Shown: in pieces, positions 39,421 through 53,062 of the stretch | Numbering within the stretch: position 1 is the stretch's first letter | Layout: every line of letters begins with the position of its first letter | Source: Tubiluchus corallicola | Lineage: Eukaryota; Animalia; Priapulida | Length of the DNA stretch: 64,000 nt | Assembly: GCA_030141605.1 (NCBI GenBank) | Contig: JAQGDQ010000006.1 | Span: forward strand, 558,001 to 622,000 | Direction of reading: 5' to 3' | Made by a program: the position numbers and the translations under genes | Notes under the pieces: model-generated | What the model saw: the letters and a program-made list of their open reading frames with translations, nothing else | What the model was told of the DNA's origin: nothing | Database searches by the model: none

Positions 39421-42400
39421 TCAGTACACCCAACTAATAGGAACCCATTGTGGTTCAATGCTTAGGTTGTGAATTGCATCACATAATGCAACAAATGTTT
39501 TTTCAAAGTCATCATTTACAATTGTCAGATCAAAGTATCGGTCATAATTTCGCTGAATGCTGTAGCTTTCATTCACAGTCCTGTTGAAGTCTTCCTCCTA
39601 ACAAACAATACAGTTAGAATTTTCAAATACATATTATTAGTACAGTTTTATACTGTTACCCAAACTTAAAATGTTTTCCAATTTTTTTCTTAATTCAGTG
39701 CTTTATTAGAACATTTAGGAACAAATTTATGATAAAGCAATTTTACCACACAAGAAAACTACTTTGACACTTTCACTTGTCAGAATGCAAGACTTTCACT
39801 CCTTTCAATCTATTAAACATTCCATCTAAAAGCTTTTCAAATGAATTACATTGCACATTTTATTAAGACATTAGATGAAACAGACAAGATTAATATTAAA
39901 ATGTTTCATTAAATTAGGAGTATTTATAGTAAATATAACAAGAGCCAGTGGTTGTGGTGCAGCCCATGCAGTCCTGTTAGTTGGAAAAACTACCAAAATA
40001 TTAATAGTTGCCACCATAATGGATACAATTTACAGCATTACCAGCTTTATGGATACATTGTCAACTCAGAGTTTTCTTACAAAATAGACCCACATGTGTT
40101 AACATTATAAATTTAGGGTACAACAGTTTCTCAAAGCTGCTTGCATGCAATTTTGTAAGCCATAACCAAGGTGAAGTTACATTTTAGTATTAGAAAATAG
40201 TAGTATTCCAGCTAGAGTTAGTATTCTAATGTCACTAGTATATATGTTAGCATGTGATCAAGTGTGACATGAGTCGAGTACAAATTTACCGTCATGTCTG
40301 AATACTCGCTGTCTAATGTATCAATAGTCATTGATCTGTTTTGGAGCTGCCTTTCGTACTGTAGAAACAGAAATTTGATTATTACAGAAACATACAATTG
40401 CAAAAGTAGTGAAAAGCTGATACTTTGCATGAACAATGGCAAAACAACTTGAATATTAACTTACACTGAGATTTCTTTGCACCAAGCCATTCCTGGCTGC
40501 TTCATCATGCATAGACTTCAATCTCATCACATCAGGTGCAGCAAAAAATACAATATAAGGCATAAATTCAGGTGTGTGCAACCGCTTAAGAGCCTGAAAA
40601 AATAAAGCCACGGTGTTAACCATACCACAGCATCACTTAAAATTATGTAAAGGCAACAAAGCAGCTAATATAAAACTACTATCTTCATCTGCAAGTTAGA
40701 TGCATTTGTACATAATTTTTAAACAATTGTAATTACTGTCGGATTGCAGTCAAGAATGCACATTTTTCCAGATCGAATGACTTGTCGAATGGTGTCAAGC
40801 TTGGTCCCATAAAGATTTCCATCTAATTCTCCGCTTTCCAAATATTGATCCTCATTAATATCTCTCTCCATAATTGCACGGTCTGTGAAGAAATAACGCT
40901 TGCCATCTTCTTCACCAATTCGCATTGGACGGGATGTGTCTACAATAACAATACGTATGTAGTATTCGAAATAAAATAAGTTGCAGTCCCTACTGCAAAA
41001 ATATTTCTAGTTGACTTTTTATAAAATCATACACATTGCAACATTGATCACAGAATGACTGTACTGAAAATGAAAGAACGGAAAGTTCAAGACGTTAACA
41101 GGTATTAAAGCAACTCTCTTGTAGTGTCATCTACGACTGTACTTACGGGGAATAGTTGTACCATAATGATCTGGATCACTATTTATCAGACGGCTTTTTA
41201 ATGACCGACGGCCAACACCTTGAGCTGCTACAAGAACTAAAGTTTTGCGCTGGAATGGTGGCATCCGTGCAACCTCTTCATACAGCAAAAGTTCATGTCT
41301 ATCAAGCTCTAAAATTTAAAACAATAAACTTTATTAAAAGCATGAAAGTAGGAAAAAACAACTTACAATGCGAAAGACAAGTGAACTCGCATACTCAGTG
41401 TCAACTTTGCACTTTTTGAAATTTGATTAAATGTTTGAAAACAAACTTAGACATGCACGAATATGGCCTTACATACCTCTTGAAAAATTGTCGCCAAATA
41501 TCATATAACACTCGCTTTTAATTGACACTTGACAAAAGTTTATCATACATCCCTTTACATATCATTCAAAAAGTACCAATGTTTAATGTAGAGTATGACT
41601 AATTTATACACTGCAATATTATGCTCATTACCTACAGTCTTTTGGTGATTATAATACACTTTCTTCTTTCTTTTTGCCGTTATAGAACCCAGTACTAGAA
41701 ATAATAAAAACTACTGTTAAAATGAATGACACATATATATAAGCATACATCTAAACGAATAACATAAATGAAACACAAAATAACATCCAAAATGAAATTG
41801 AAATAGGTAATTTAACCAAAAGCCAATATATCCAACCTGTAATAAAATGCACATAACTTACCACATTTAGTGATACCACTACATGGAATTTTAAAACTGG
41901 AACCTCTCCTGGTAGTTTAAAACATAAGAAAACCCTCCATTTACATAAAGCTTAAAAAATCGTCTTGAAATTTTATACCACTTACATATTGCCTTTTTGC
42001 ATACAGGACTTGCTTTGGTGGTAATGCTATATAAAACACGTAAATTTAAACTCCCGTAATGACCATCAGATGCAGCCATTTTGATGATAAGTCATTTGAA
42101 ACAGGTTAGATAACACTATGTAAAGTTTGAAAAAATAATCACAACATTCATAGCTCACACATCACTAACTAAGTGAAATTTTAAATTACTGTATATTGAC
42201 AATAAGATTAAAAATACGTTTTCTGGTTAGTGAGTGGCGCACCCTAGAGGGTTAGTCAGCAACACATTACCAGTTGGTGAAAGTGTTTTAAATAATTAAT
42301 TTTCTTTCCTAGTTACATATGCTAAGTAATATAGATTTGCATGGAAAGCTTTTTGGGACATAGTTCAACATTGCCTTTTCTTCCCCTGGTTTACATTGTG

Positions 42401-45400
42401 CATATATGAGGTCATGTAATGGCGCGGTCATAACAGTATTGCGGGAGATTAAAAATGAAAACAAACAAAAAATCCTTTTAACGCGAGTACGATATACGCA
42501 TAAAATTACTATAAAGCAATATCATTTTTAAAGCGATTTTTCTGATACCTAATTCAGGTACCCCTTTTCTTGTCCTTTTAAGTTTGCTTCTAACAAACAA
42601 TGCTGGTGATGAACTCAGTGAAATACATATAAAATGTTAAATGCAATTTGGGTCCAGGTCAAGGTAACAGATGCCTCTTCGTAAGCATTATTTTCAACTG
42701 TCACTTTATATTAGCTTACAAAGAGTGTGTAGTAATACAATACCTAAGCTAAATATTGTAAGACCATAAAAAAGAAAAAAACTAATTCAAAAGTAATAAC
42801 TGGGAGGCAACTGATTTCTGATGGCAATGCTACCATTATGAGACACCATATTATAGACAGTAGCAGCTGATAGCAGAGTAATGTACCAAAATATGATTGG
42901 CTTCAAATGTAGAAGAAAAAAGTAAAGCTTACCCACAGTTTTGGTAAAATCGTGTTCCGGTTTACAAAATGCTTTTCTGCTTTCTTCCAATTTTTGAGAA
43001 GGAATTAATGCAGCAGGTCTGTTATCGCCAACTTTTTTAGCCTGTAAAAGAAAAAATATCATAACCTAATACATGGTTCAGCAGGATCCAGTTCTAGTTA
43101 GAAAAGGCTGAAGAATTACAATACCTTATTAAGACTACAAATTTAACTCTATAATGCTGCTATTATATAGCTGATATAATTTATCACAACTGAAACTTAA
43201 AGAAGTGAACAAAAGGTGTACAAAACACATCAGCATAAAACTGTAATAAATGCCTGTGTGTAATCTGCTGCAATAAATTATAAAGAAACAATGTTTTTTT
43301 TTAATTTGTAGAAAGACAAGCAAAAAAGATTGTATTTTGGGCACAAAAAGACAGAAACCTGGAACACAGTACATGGTTCTGCAAAAGCATTAAACTCTGA
43401 GTAGAATTTAGTCCTGTACAGCCTTGCCATTAAAATTTATACCAAAATGTACGCACATACACTTGTAATACATTAAAGTAAACTATTTCTTTCCTGTAGA
43501 TAGTTTGTGGGTTCTTAGTTATGGCACACAAGAGAGATACCGATGAATGATGAAGACATACCTGCCACCAATTAGGATCCTCTTGATTTACAATTTGTAG
43601 AATTTCTCCTTTGTGAAAAGAGAGACCTGCTTCCTTACAAGGTATTAACGTATCCCTGTAAGGCTCATAATTGAAATGCGCTTTTACATACACCTGTAAG
43701 AACATAATACTATACCGTTGCATAAAATGGCAAAATGATATTACGTATGGCTATACAATATGTCTAAACCTACAGTACAAATAATTTATTTGATAACATT
43801 TTAATAGCAGTTAATACAAAAGCAAATGCTCTCGTGCAGAAGCACAGGTTCTACCTAACAAATTAAAGACAGTTATTTGAACACACTTTCAAACTCGACA
43901 ACTAATGAATTTTGTTTAACTGATATCGGCAGATTGTAAGTAAAATACCTGTGCAGCTGGTTTTTGGTCCTCATAACTGGGTATGATTTTCAAAGTGAGA
44001 CTACCGGCAGCTTTCTTTATCTGCGCTTGAAGCTCTTCTGGTGTCCTTACCTCAACATTATTTACTTCTTTGATAACATCGCCAACATGTAATAAACCTA
44101 AAAAATACGTAACACTGACATACAGTCAAATCTCATCATAATGCCCCTGTGAAGTCCACATACTACTTGTAAGCTGAAATGTTTGTTACTTTATTACCAT
44201 ACTATTATCTTCTTATTACTATGTTTGTGATGGCTCAGTCATCCTCGGTCCTATTAAAATTATACTGGAGTTCATTTTGTACACCATTTAATTTTTAGCA
44301 TAACGAAATGTTGACTTTTGTTCTGTGATGGGGTTGGGTCCTTCAATACCTGCCCCTTCTCCGTTGTGATAGCGACATTCGGCCGCCTCGACTTCAAATT
44401 ATGCACAGGAAAATTTTCATGCCTCTGGGATTCATTGAACCATGATTTTATTACATTACGTTGCTTACATTACGGGTTATGTTGTTTTACATAGAGGAAA
44501 GACATTTAGCAGCAGATTTTTGTGATCCTGTAATCTGCTGATACAGATAGGCAGCAAAACAGTTCATTATTAACTGCCATTTCAAACAAAGTGATTTCCG
44601 GTTTCCGTTCTCTATTTCTTTGAGAGGTGAGTCCAAGATGGTCCTCTTGCAGCATTTAACATGATAATGAAATTTCTCCGAGAATGTCGTCTTGTTTGGC
44701 TGTTGGTTCCACATCTATGTCTAATGGAATTGCTGGAGTGCAGGCATCTGGAATAGTCAGAATCTGATTTGGTGACGACACTCAACTATTATTCGTGTAT
44801 TGATGAGACGAAGAATTTTCTTGCTACCAGCGAGACAATCCTAGAGGTATAGGAGCGTACAGAGTCATTTGGAGTTGCCGGGTCGCTGTTTCTGCCTAGC
44901 CTACCAGAGTGGAGAAATCTGCAATGTATAAGCCACTACAAACAGTTTCTGTGCAGTTTTGGTTTCGACGCATGCACCCTGACAGTTGGGCTCACGGTAC
45001 CTCGATGTGACGGTCTGCTGCATTGATCATGGATCCACAGATTGGTAAATATCCTTCCTTCTCCTTTAACTAACTTGGGTCGGGGTACTGTAAGTTTCGT
45101 TAGAACTATGCCAAAGTGTATGTAAATTTGATTTGTTAGAACTTGCTATTAAACAATTTCTGCATTTTTTAAAAAAAAGGCAGTTTACACATCCGTTTAT
45201 CCTTGATTTCTCTGAAAGGTAATGACACAAAGACACAAAAAATGCCTGTGTCCCAGTTTTAACCAAACTACTAGGACCCTCATATAATTTTGGCTAAAAG
45301 ACCTTGTTTTGAGAGATTAGTGTGAAAAAGCTTTATAATCTTTTGCTGCAATAATACTTAATCATATTTTCACACCTGTTAGTTAGTAGTTGGCTTCAAT

Positions 45401-48400
45401 AAAGTGTTTTGGTTTAAAGAAATGACACACAAACAATTAAATGTGCAAAATGTAATGAAAGTGCTCGTTTGTTTCTTAGCTGACGTAATGTCATATTTGT
45501 CTTGCTCTGTCCCAATACTGCATGTAAAACTGTGGTTAAATCACCTGCACTGTATAGCTTAGTTTTTACCTGAATGTGACCGAAGACATTATTCTGAATT
45601 CTACCTTCTGATTGGTCGATTCGTATAAGATCAGAATTCATGTACACTACACCGGAAATTTTACCCATTCTGGTTTTAATCTGGCAAGATGGACGAACAT
45701 CCCCTGTCATCATACCTCTTACTGTAGTTGCTTACTTTCAAGTTTATTTTACATCTCAACATTATGTGGAGATTGCTACAGTTTTCAAATAACCTGACGG
45801 ATATTGATGATGTTGACCTGATGATGATATGGTTTACCGAGTTATGTTGCAAATTAATTTGTTCAAGTGATAACCCAGTGAAAACTGTGCTACCTGCGAG
45901 TCGTTCAGGCATAGAGAATTAGAGATACACGAAACTTGTTGGACACTCAAGAGATGAAACGCTGAGGAGATGTAGTGGTGTTACTACAAGTTGATTAGCT
46001 TAATTGAATGTGAACATAGTACAAAACCAGCAAACTCGTTGATGGTTGGCATGGGACGCATTAGACATCAGGCCGAGTGAGGTAGCATTGGTGATGATCC
46101 ATGGTTGAGGCTCCCACTGAGCTTAATTACATGACTGGTCTTCTCTTATTCTCTCTTGTACAATTGAGTAATAGCATGTGTTGTGTACAATAAACTTATT
46201 ATTGCTAGCAAGATCTGGTTTTATTTCCATTGTTTTCGTTGTTTGTTCTTTAAAAGACTTAGGAACGATTCAAATTAGAAGCGTTATGCAATCAATATAC
46301 GTTTAGAAGTTTTCACATATCAAACTCTTTTGCTTAGACCAAAATCATTGAGTGGATAGTCAACAGGTGTGAACTGTTTTTTCCTGCGATTTAGCGAAAT
46401 AAATCCTGACATATTTTCCAAATAATACTTACATGTCACAGCACTTCTTTATAATGCCAACTTTGCTTGATGCCCAAATTTTTGGCAAAACAAAATGTCT
46501 ATACTTGCATTAGACATGTATTTACTACAAGTTTTTTTTTACAAAATCTTATGTCGGTTTGACTGGAAATTAATTAAATTCATAATTCTCATTCTTTCTG
46601 GAAGGTTGTATGATGCAAAATGCACAATGTATATTATGTGTATAATTTCTTACAGAATCTTATGTCACACTTTCAGATTCAAAACTGTCCTGAAACGAAG
46701 CAGAGCAACCCATTATTGACAAAGCAAACAAGTAATGAAAAGAAGGTACAGCAAACAATATACACTAAGCACTATACATTAGGATTTCCACAACAATAGT
46801 AAAGACAGAAAGAAGACAGAAAGAGAAAGTGTGCTTCAGCTTTTCTGGAGTCCCTTTAAGACAGATGCAAAATAATGGCTACAATACCAAAAAAAAACAA
46901 GAAAATAAATACATAAACAAATAAATGTACAAATAAATAAACATCACACGAGACAAGAGTAATAATGGTAATATCACTAAAAGTCAGAAGCCAATTGCAA
47001 AAAAAATTCCTTGCCTTGTTTGTCTATGAGGCCACCCTGAAGAATTCTTGCAATGACCAAATCACCTTGTTCTTCCACAACTGTCATGCCCAAAGGTTCA
47101 CCTTCAACCTAGAAATTAAGCACATAAATTGTAATCACAAAATTAGTCACAAATTTAAGTATCTAAGAACATTTCTTTTTAATCGTTTCATACACATCAA
47201 CACAAATAATACAAGGCAATTTCATATCATTCTTTTTAGACCTTTATTCTTTCTAAATTTGCCGTATCATCACTACAAGAAATGGATCTGTAGAAATCAA
47301 ATACCTTTCTAATGCCGACCATACGAATGGCATCTATTGGTGGAGCAGTATTCATCGGAGGCATTGTGTAGTTAGACGTGGGATTTTTTTCGTACTTCTT
47401 TTGAGCGATGATGTCGTGGGCCTCTATCAATGCTCTGTGATAATTTTTATAAGCAAACATAAGGCCTTGTCATCTACAATAAATCACTCTGAATTTTTGT
47501 CACAGCTAGGTGTAAATACTTTAATCTTCACTGTATTAAACCACCTATGACAAAATCAAAATCTATTTAACAGTTATCACACACACTTTGTATTTTTTTC
47601 AAAGTAGCAGTGGTGAAAAACACATAAAAAGAGCAGTTTTAAAGTATATGAAAATGCAACAGCAGTTGTAATAACTAGCAAAATTGTTGCAGAGAGAGAT
47701 CTTCATGAAACTACTATCACAAAAATGTCGTCAAATTCACGATCCTTGTCTCATCACAAGCAAAGTGTTTAAATGTCTACAATGTGTCCCACATAAGCAC
47801 TGCATTAATACAACTGCTGCAAACCTACAGGACTTTGCAAGGGTTTCTCTACAGAAGAAGCATCCTTGTATTGATTTCTTTCAAACTTTAACAGTGTCAG
47901 GCAATAGGCTGCTGGCATTAACTGGTGCCAAAGATTTACATCAAGGTAATTTATTCATTTGCAATTAAAGCACAATTTTAACCCCAATTCACTCCTATCT
48001 TATTAAGATAAGCAGCTATGGTTACAACAGCATAAATGGTTAAAAAAACTTGGTTGAAAAAACTAACATTTTAGTAATTATTTTGAGAAAAATCAACAAT
48101 TTATTGATAATTGATTCCACAAATCTTGAAGCAGCTAGTTGTTTATAAGTAATAAAAATACTTTAAGTTTAACAGACTTTAAATTTAATAAGTTTAAGTT
48201 CAATACTTTAAGTTTAAGTATAATAAGTTTAAGATCAAAGATCAGTGCAAACAGCATTCTACACAACATACTAAAACCTAATTGTAGAGGTGCACAGAAA
48301 GTAAATTTTCATCAACCAAACCGAAACTGATTTTTTTATGCTTGTGTGCCACTGAATCGAAGCTTAACCGAATGATCGGCCATGCTTCTGAACCGAATTC

Positions 48401-49694
48401 CGAGTAAAATATCAAGTTAAATTGGAATACCGGACCCAAGCCGACCCAATTTTTTTCCAAAAGTGAACCAAACTTTCTTGTAATTCCAATTGAAAAGAAT
48501 TATAAACTCTATAATGTTTTATTGTTTTAAGTTAGTGGTGATTGGCAAGCTGTTTTTCAAAATCTATTCAAACTGCTTTGTATAATCAATAAAAACAGTA
48601 TTAAAGCAAGGCAGTGATAGTATAATTGTTTACTAGCCCGAGTTCTCACGTATAAGCGAACATAGCATCGCTACGCTATTGCGCATTGACATAATTTATT
48701 TCGTTGTGTATAAGCGAATATAGCATCGCCACGCTATTGCGCATTGACAAGACTTGTGTACCGACAGTGCATCATGTTCTTCGAGTTATCATATAGAAAC
48801 GGAATGCAAAATGTCGGCTGTTGTGCTGTGTTCATTGTTTGCTATCAGTTTTTTCAGATAAATTTTTATAAGCATTATAGGGAAATATTCCGTTTGTTTA
48901 GTATAATTTTCACCGAATGTGACAATTATTAAAAAAGTAACATTGGTATACCGAAGGTTCACCGAACCTTTAATGATTACAACTGAAGTTTGCCACACCG
49001 GATTTTTATATTGATATTTGAGAAAAAAATTCGTGATCCAAACATTCGGTGCATCCCTACCTAATTGTACCACAAATAGCACAACATCTTTCTGCAAATT
49101 CTTAAACTCCAATAGAATTCATTCACATGGCTGCGTGCTTGCATTTTGTAACATTAAACTAACCTAAAATGAGGTCTGTTTAAAAGTTGAGCAAGTTCCT
49201 TAGCATGTGTTGTATTCCAGCGACGATTTTGCAGATCTCTAATGAGATTCTCTAATAACTGAATGTTATCTCCAAGCACTGGTTTCAATGGTTGATCTTC
49301 TAATTTATCATGTGCCTATAGACAAAAATATAAAAAACAAGAAGCACTTATGAATGAATGTACAAAAACGTGTATACGAAAGTTCTTGAAAAAGTATATT
49401 GGTCTACCTTCAGCAAAACGTGATTGTGGGAAGTGTAGTCAAAATTGTGGTAGTTGATGTTTCTCATTGCGAGGCAAACAAACTCTAACAGAATATGATG
49501 CTTGTTGAACAAAATATTCCCATCATCTCAGTGTGTGACAGAGAGATGCAAAAGCAACTGGTATACACGTACCTTGATTAAATTTTGCATGACAGGGCTC
49601 TCCATAAGAGCACCCAAGAATATGAGGTCTGTTTGCTGTGCACCAACGTCATTGTCGAGATCTTCTAATCGATTTCTTACTTGTTCAACAGCAA
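39421..49694 (-). CDS. MPP6: MAGUK p55 subfamily member, MPP2/MPP6 (PALS2)-type: L27-L27-PDZ-SH3-HOOK-GuK; 12 core exons
   Basis: Exons (minus): 49573-49694, 49164-49315, 47305-47434, 47015-47108, 43949-44097, 43562-43693, 42933-43041, 41632-41694, 41147-41308, 40737-40939, 40465-40593, 39421-39597. All phases are compatible and give one open frame. Diagnostic peptides: [96 protein letters not shown]-terminal QWVPISWVY*. Likely co-ortholog of vertebrate MPP2 and MPP6. Confidence 0.93.
44230..46230 (+). mobile_element. Possible highly decayed Gypsy-like LTR retrotransposon inside the MPP intron
   Basis: GC-richer block with an RT/RNaseH-connection-like CEKA segment (~45320) and an integrase-tail-like SRSG segment. 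A purine tract gaggaga is followed by TGTAGTG... with a downstream AATAAA (LTR-like). No matching LTR pair confirmed. Confidence 0.3.
48285..49059. mobile_element. hAT (Ac-type) non-autonomous element, 775 bp, intronic in MPP
   Basis: TIRs TAGAGGTGCACAGAA / TAGGGATGCACCGAA (rc). Perfect 8-bp TSD CCTAATTG (48277-48284, 49060-49067). CCGAA subterminal repeats. Internal 42-bp direct repeat (48650-48691, 48708-48749). Confidence 0.9.
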
Positions 49695-49771
49695 CTGAAA
49701 AAATAATATCACTATAGTAGAATTACGACACAAGTTTAGAAACAAAATAAAAGACACTAAACTAAACTTAC

Positions 49772-49986
49772 ATTGCAGAATGCTGAATTTATTCTCCATC
49801 TTAGCTGGGTGTAGACTGTGCATAATATTCGAGAAAAACATACACATTTACAAGTTACAAGAAGGTACGCCAAAATATCACTTCTTACACAAAAAGGAAT
49901 GGCTAACATAACAATACTTACAATTCACCATTGTGGGTAGGCCTTTTTGTACGTTTGCTAGTTTGGGGACCAAGTCTGCTGTACAT
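49772..49986 (-). CDS. MPP6: MPP proximal alternative N-terminal exons (49922-49986, 49772-49815)
   Basis: Both end in gtaagt donors. Spliced in frame they give MYSRLGPQTSKRTKRPTHNGEFLHPAKMENKFSILQF-AVEQ... An in-frame TAA lies upstream of the ATG at 49986. Confidence 0.6.
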
Positions 49987-52776
49987 AACTAAGCTAGGTA
50001 GACTTCTTTATAGATCTGTCTCACTCCAGAGCCTATTCTAGTTCTCATTATAAAAAAGAACCAAACCCAGGACAATAGGACATGGCTTACGTAATTCAGA
50101 ACAAATTTGTCCCAATTGTCCTAATTATTAATGTTTACTTATCTGCTAAAACGTGTGGTGTTAGCAAAATCAGAATATGACTGCTTTGCTTTAACAAAGG
50201 CAGACTACTGGTTTAACTAAACAAAGCTGCCATCCCTAGAACTGTCTAAAATAAACATTCACTTGGAGAAGTTCAATTGGGCATATACTGTATAGCTTGA
50301 AGGTCACTTGTAGTCATTTGCAATTTAGAGAAATGTTTTCAGGTATCTTCAGGTCTACTTCCTAGGACCACTACAGTAATCAGCAAAGGGTTAATTCAGT
50401 ATAACACATAGGACCTGGAAGCCGGTACCCAGCACTTAAGACAAGGCCTTCTTATAAACCTGATGGTTGTAGCAGGTTAATAGTGAACCAGATCAGTTGT
50501 CTCAAAGTTCAGGTGTCTGACATTCCCCAAAGACAGAGAAGTTATTGGAGAGAGTTTGGCAGATAAAATGACTCAGAATTTCAATATAGCTGCAAGTATA
50601 TTTATAAACCAACCATGTTATTTTCAGTTCTTGTTCAGTGACTATAATGAAACTGTAGAAAATCTAATTTCGTGCGTGCATTACCATTATTAGCAGAAAT
50701 CAAACTTGAGTCCATAACCCATTATGACATCGTACATATGCACTTTATTATATAAATCGTATTTATCATGCAGATCTACAAGCTTTCACTTTAACTTTAG
50801 CGTCAGGAACAACCACCACCGCGCTTGCAGCGTTCAACAAGTTAACATAATCTCACGTCTGCTAACACTAATCCGTAGGACTTATTAGTCGCTTAAATAT
50901 CCAGTTTATCAATCACCTTGTCAATTTATGCAATTCGTTCAGATATAACAATTACTAATGCAATAACATACCAGATATTCGGTTTAGAAATCACAGACAT
51001 GCTAAAAAATAATTACTTACATCAATTTATAAAGGAGATATATTTTGCAACTAATAAAGCTCGTCAGTGCAACGACATTACTCACTAGCCCACTATTCAA
51101 CCCACAACGCTAAAGCATTTAAACCTGCGCATTTGGAAATTATTATTATGGTATGGCACTGAGGTGGAACAGAGCAAACCAACAAAACCAACCGGTTGGC
51201 AACTCTCCATTTAAAATCCTCCCTGGGGCAGCTTTCGAGACTACAGTTGCATATAATACACCTGGCGGAAAAAATGGAAACTTTGGCTGCTTGAAATTTT
51301 TAGTTGTTTAAAAATTTTACGCACTATCGTTTGAAATGCTAGAATAGCAGCTGTATATAACTTTTATTGACTTCAACAAAACACATAATTTTTAACTGCA
51401 ACGTAAGTAAAGTTGAAGATGAACTTATTAAACTCGAAAAAACTAATGAAAGTTATCGAACTAAGAAAGTTCCTAGTAAATCAGAACTATGCAGCAACTG
51501 TTCAAAGTTATTTACGTTGTACGTATTTAATAATCCATCATTTAAAACTCTTTAATATAAAACATTGCAGGAAACCGGTCATGCCTGCATTTAATAACCA
51601 ATAAAGTAGTTAATTAAAAAATAAAAACAATATGCGTATAAACAGGAATATTTTAGCAGCTTAATATTCCTTTGAAATCCATTGTGAACAAGGGCAATTT
51701 TGCACAATAGTAGCTACAAAAACTTACAAAAGCAAAAGTGTACCAAAATACAAAAAACACCATAATTTAAGAATATGTGAGAACTTAATTAAGTGAACTG
51801 GCCTTACTTTAGTGAAAGATTTTCTTCAAATACAGTTGAATAAAAAATAAAAATTCCACTAATGATACAGAAAACCCACAGTTTATTAGATTTCTAAGAC
51901 CAAACTGAAATGAAGAAACTGATTAGTGATGGCAAAACTAAATTCTTAAGACAAAAATAACTGCCAGCAAAAAAAGAAAGGAAAAACTGAGTGTGAAGAA
52001 AACTTTAGCCAAGTTTCTATTGTTACAAAATATTTCCAAGGTAACTTCAAAAAACAAATACCTAAATATCACAATTATCTTAAAAACAAAAAATCTGTAT
52101 ATAGTTATTATAGTACTACATAATCCACACACAGATCTATGCTGTAATAAAAGCTCTATAATACGGGTAAAGCTGTCAAACCAATGAAGCCATGTGGGCA
52201 ACCGGGGTCAAACATACTAAGCTGGCGTGTTATAATAATTAACGATCAATATAACACGACTGTAGAGGCATTGTAACGTAGTATTATCGCCTTACATCAA
52301 TCATGCTGAGTGGTGTAAGGGCCGGCGTAGCCCATAATAAATTAAAGTTAACAGAAAGTCTGTTAATTCCTTTCAGACACATGCAGGAAAGGAGTAGGTG
52401 TTCAAAATGTTCCTATCTATCGAAGCCTGAAACCTGCCAGAGCTCTAGCATAGTAGACCAACGCATAACAGTTGTTTGAATGTATTAGAAGTCTGAAAAG
52501 CATATATCAAAAATATCATTTTTAAGATTTAGCGAGAAAAAGGATTTTGCATCTTGAATCACACCAGTTATTCACAGCTAGCCTATCAATGTCGAAAAAT
52601 ATTTTTTAAAAATACTGTGAACAGCTTATCTCTTCATGAGTTACGAAACGCTCACAGTGCAAAAATGTTGTCGCTGCTATTCAGTTGCCGATACCTCGTG
52701 CAAGTCAAAAAAACACGTTACATTAAACTTCTAATTCTAACACACTGTTAAACCAGACGTTTCTCACAATACTTAC

Positions 52777-52860
52777 ATTCCTGTTCGTTCTCCTTGTTAA
52801 GTTTATCTGTACTGTCCATTAGTCTTTTCTTTTCACTTGGCTTCATTTCCAAATTATGTT
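52777..52860 (-). CDS. MPP6: MPP alternative N-terminal exon (84 nt, phase 1/1)
   Basis: ctgtag|...|gtaagt. Encodes (E)HNLEMKPSEKKRLMDSTDKLNKENEQE and splices in frame to 49694. Confidence 0.6.
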
Positions 52861-52947
52861 CTACAGGGTAGAGACTAAACACTGTCACTGAACACAAAAC
52901 CGTAGCTATGTAATGTACTCACACATCTACTCCGCTAGATACATATA

Positions 52948-53062
52948 CGTCATGATCTGAATATATAGGGTTGTCGATATGACGCTCACTGTACGCCTAT
53001 GTTCAGATCATGACGTTCATTGTTTCGCATCGACAATCCTGTACATTTAGATAATGACGCTT
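52948..53062. repeat. Nested short inverted repeats (fold-back)
   Basis: acgtcatgatctgaa...gggttgtcgat is complementary to ttcagatcatgacgt and, imperfectly, to atcgacaatcctgtacatttagataatgacg. Confidence 0.6.
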
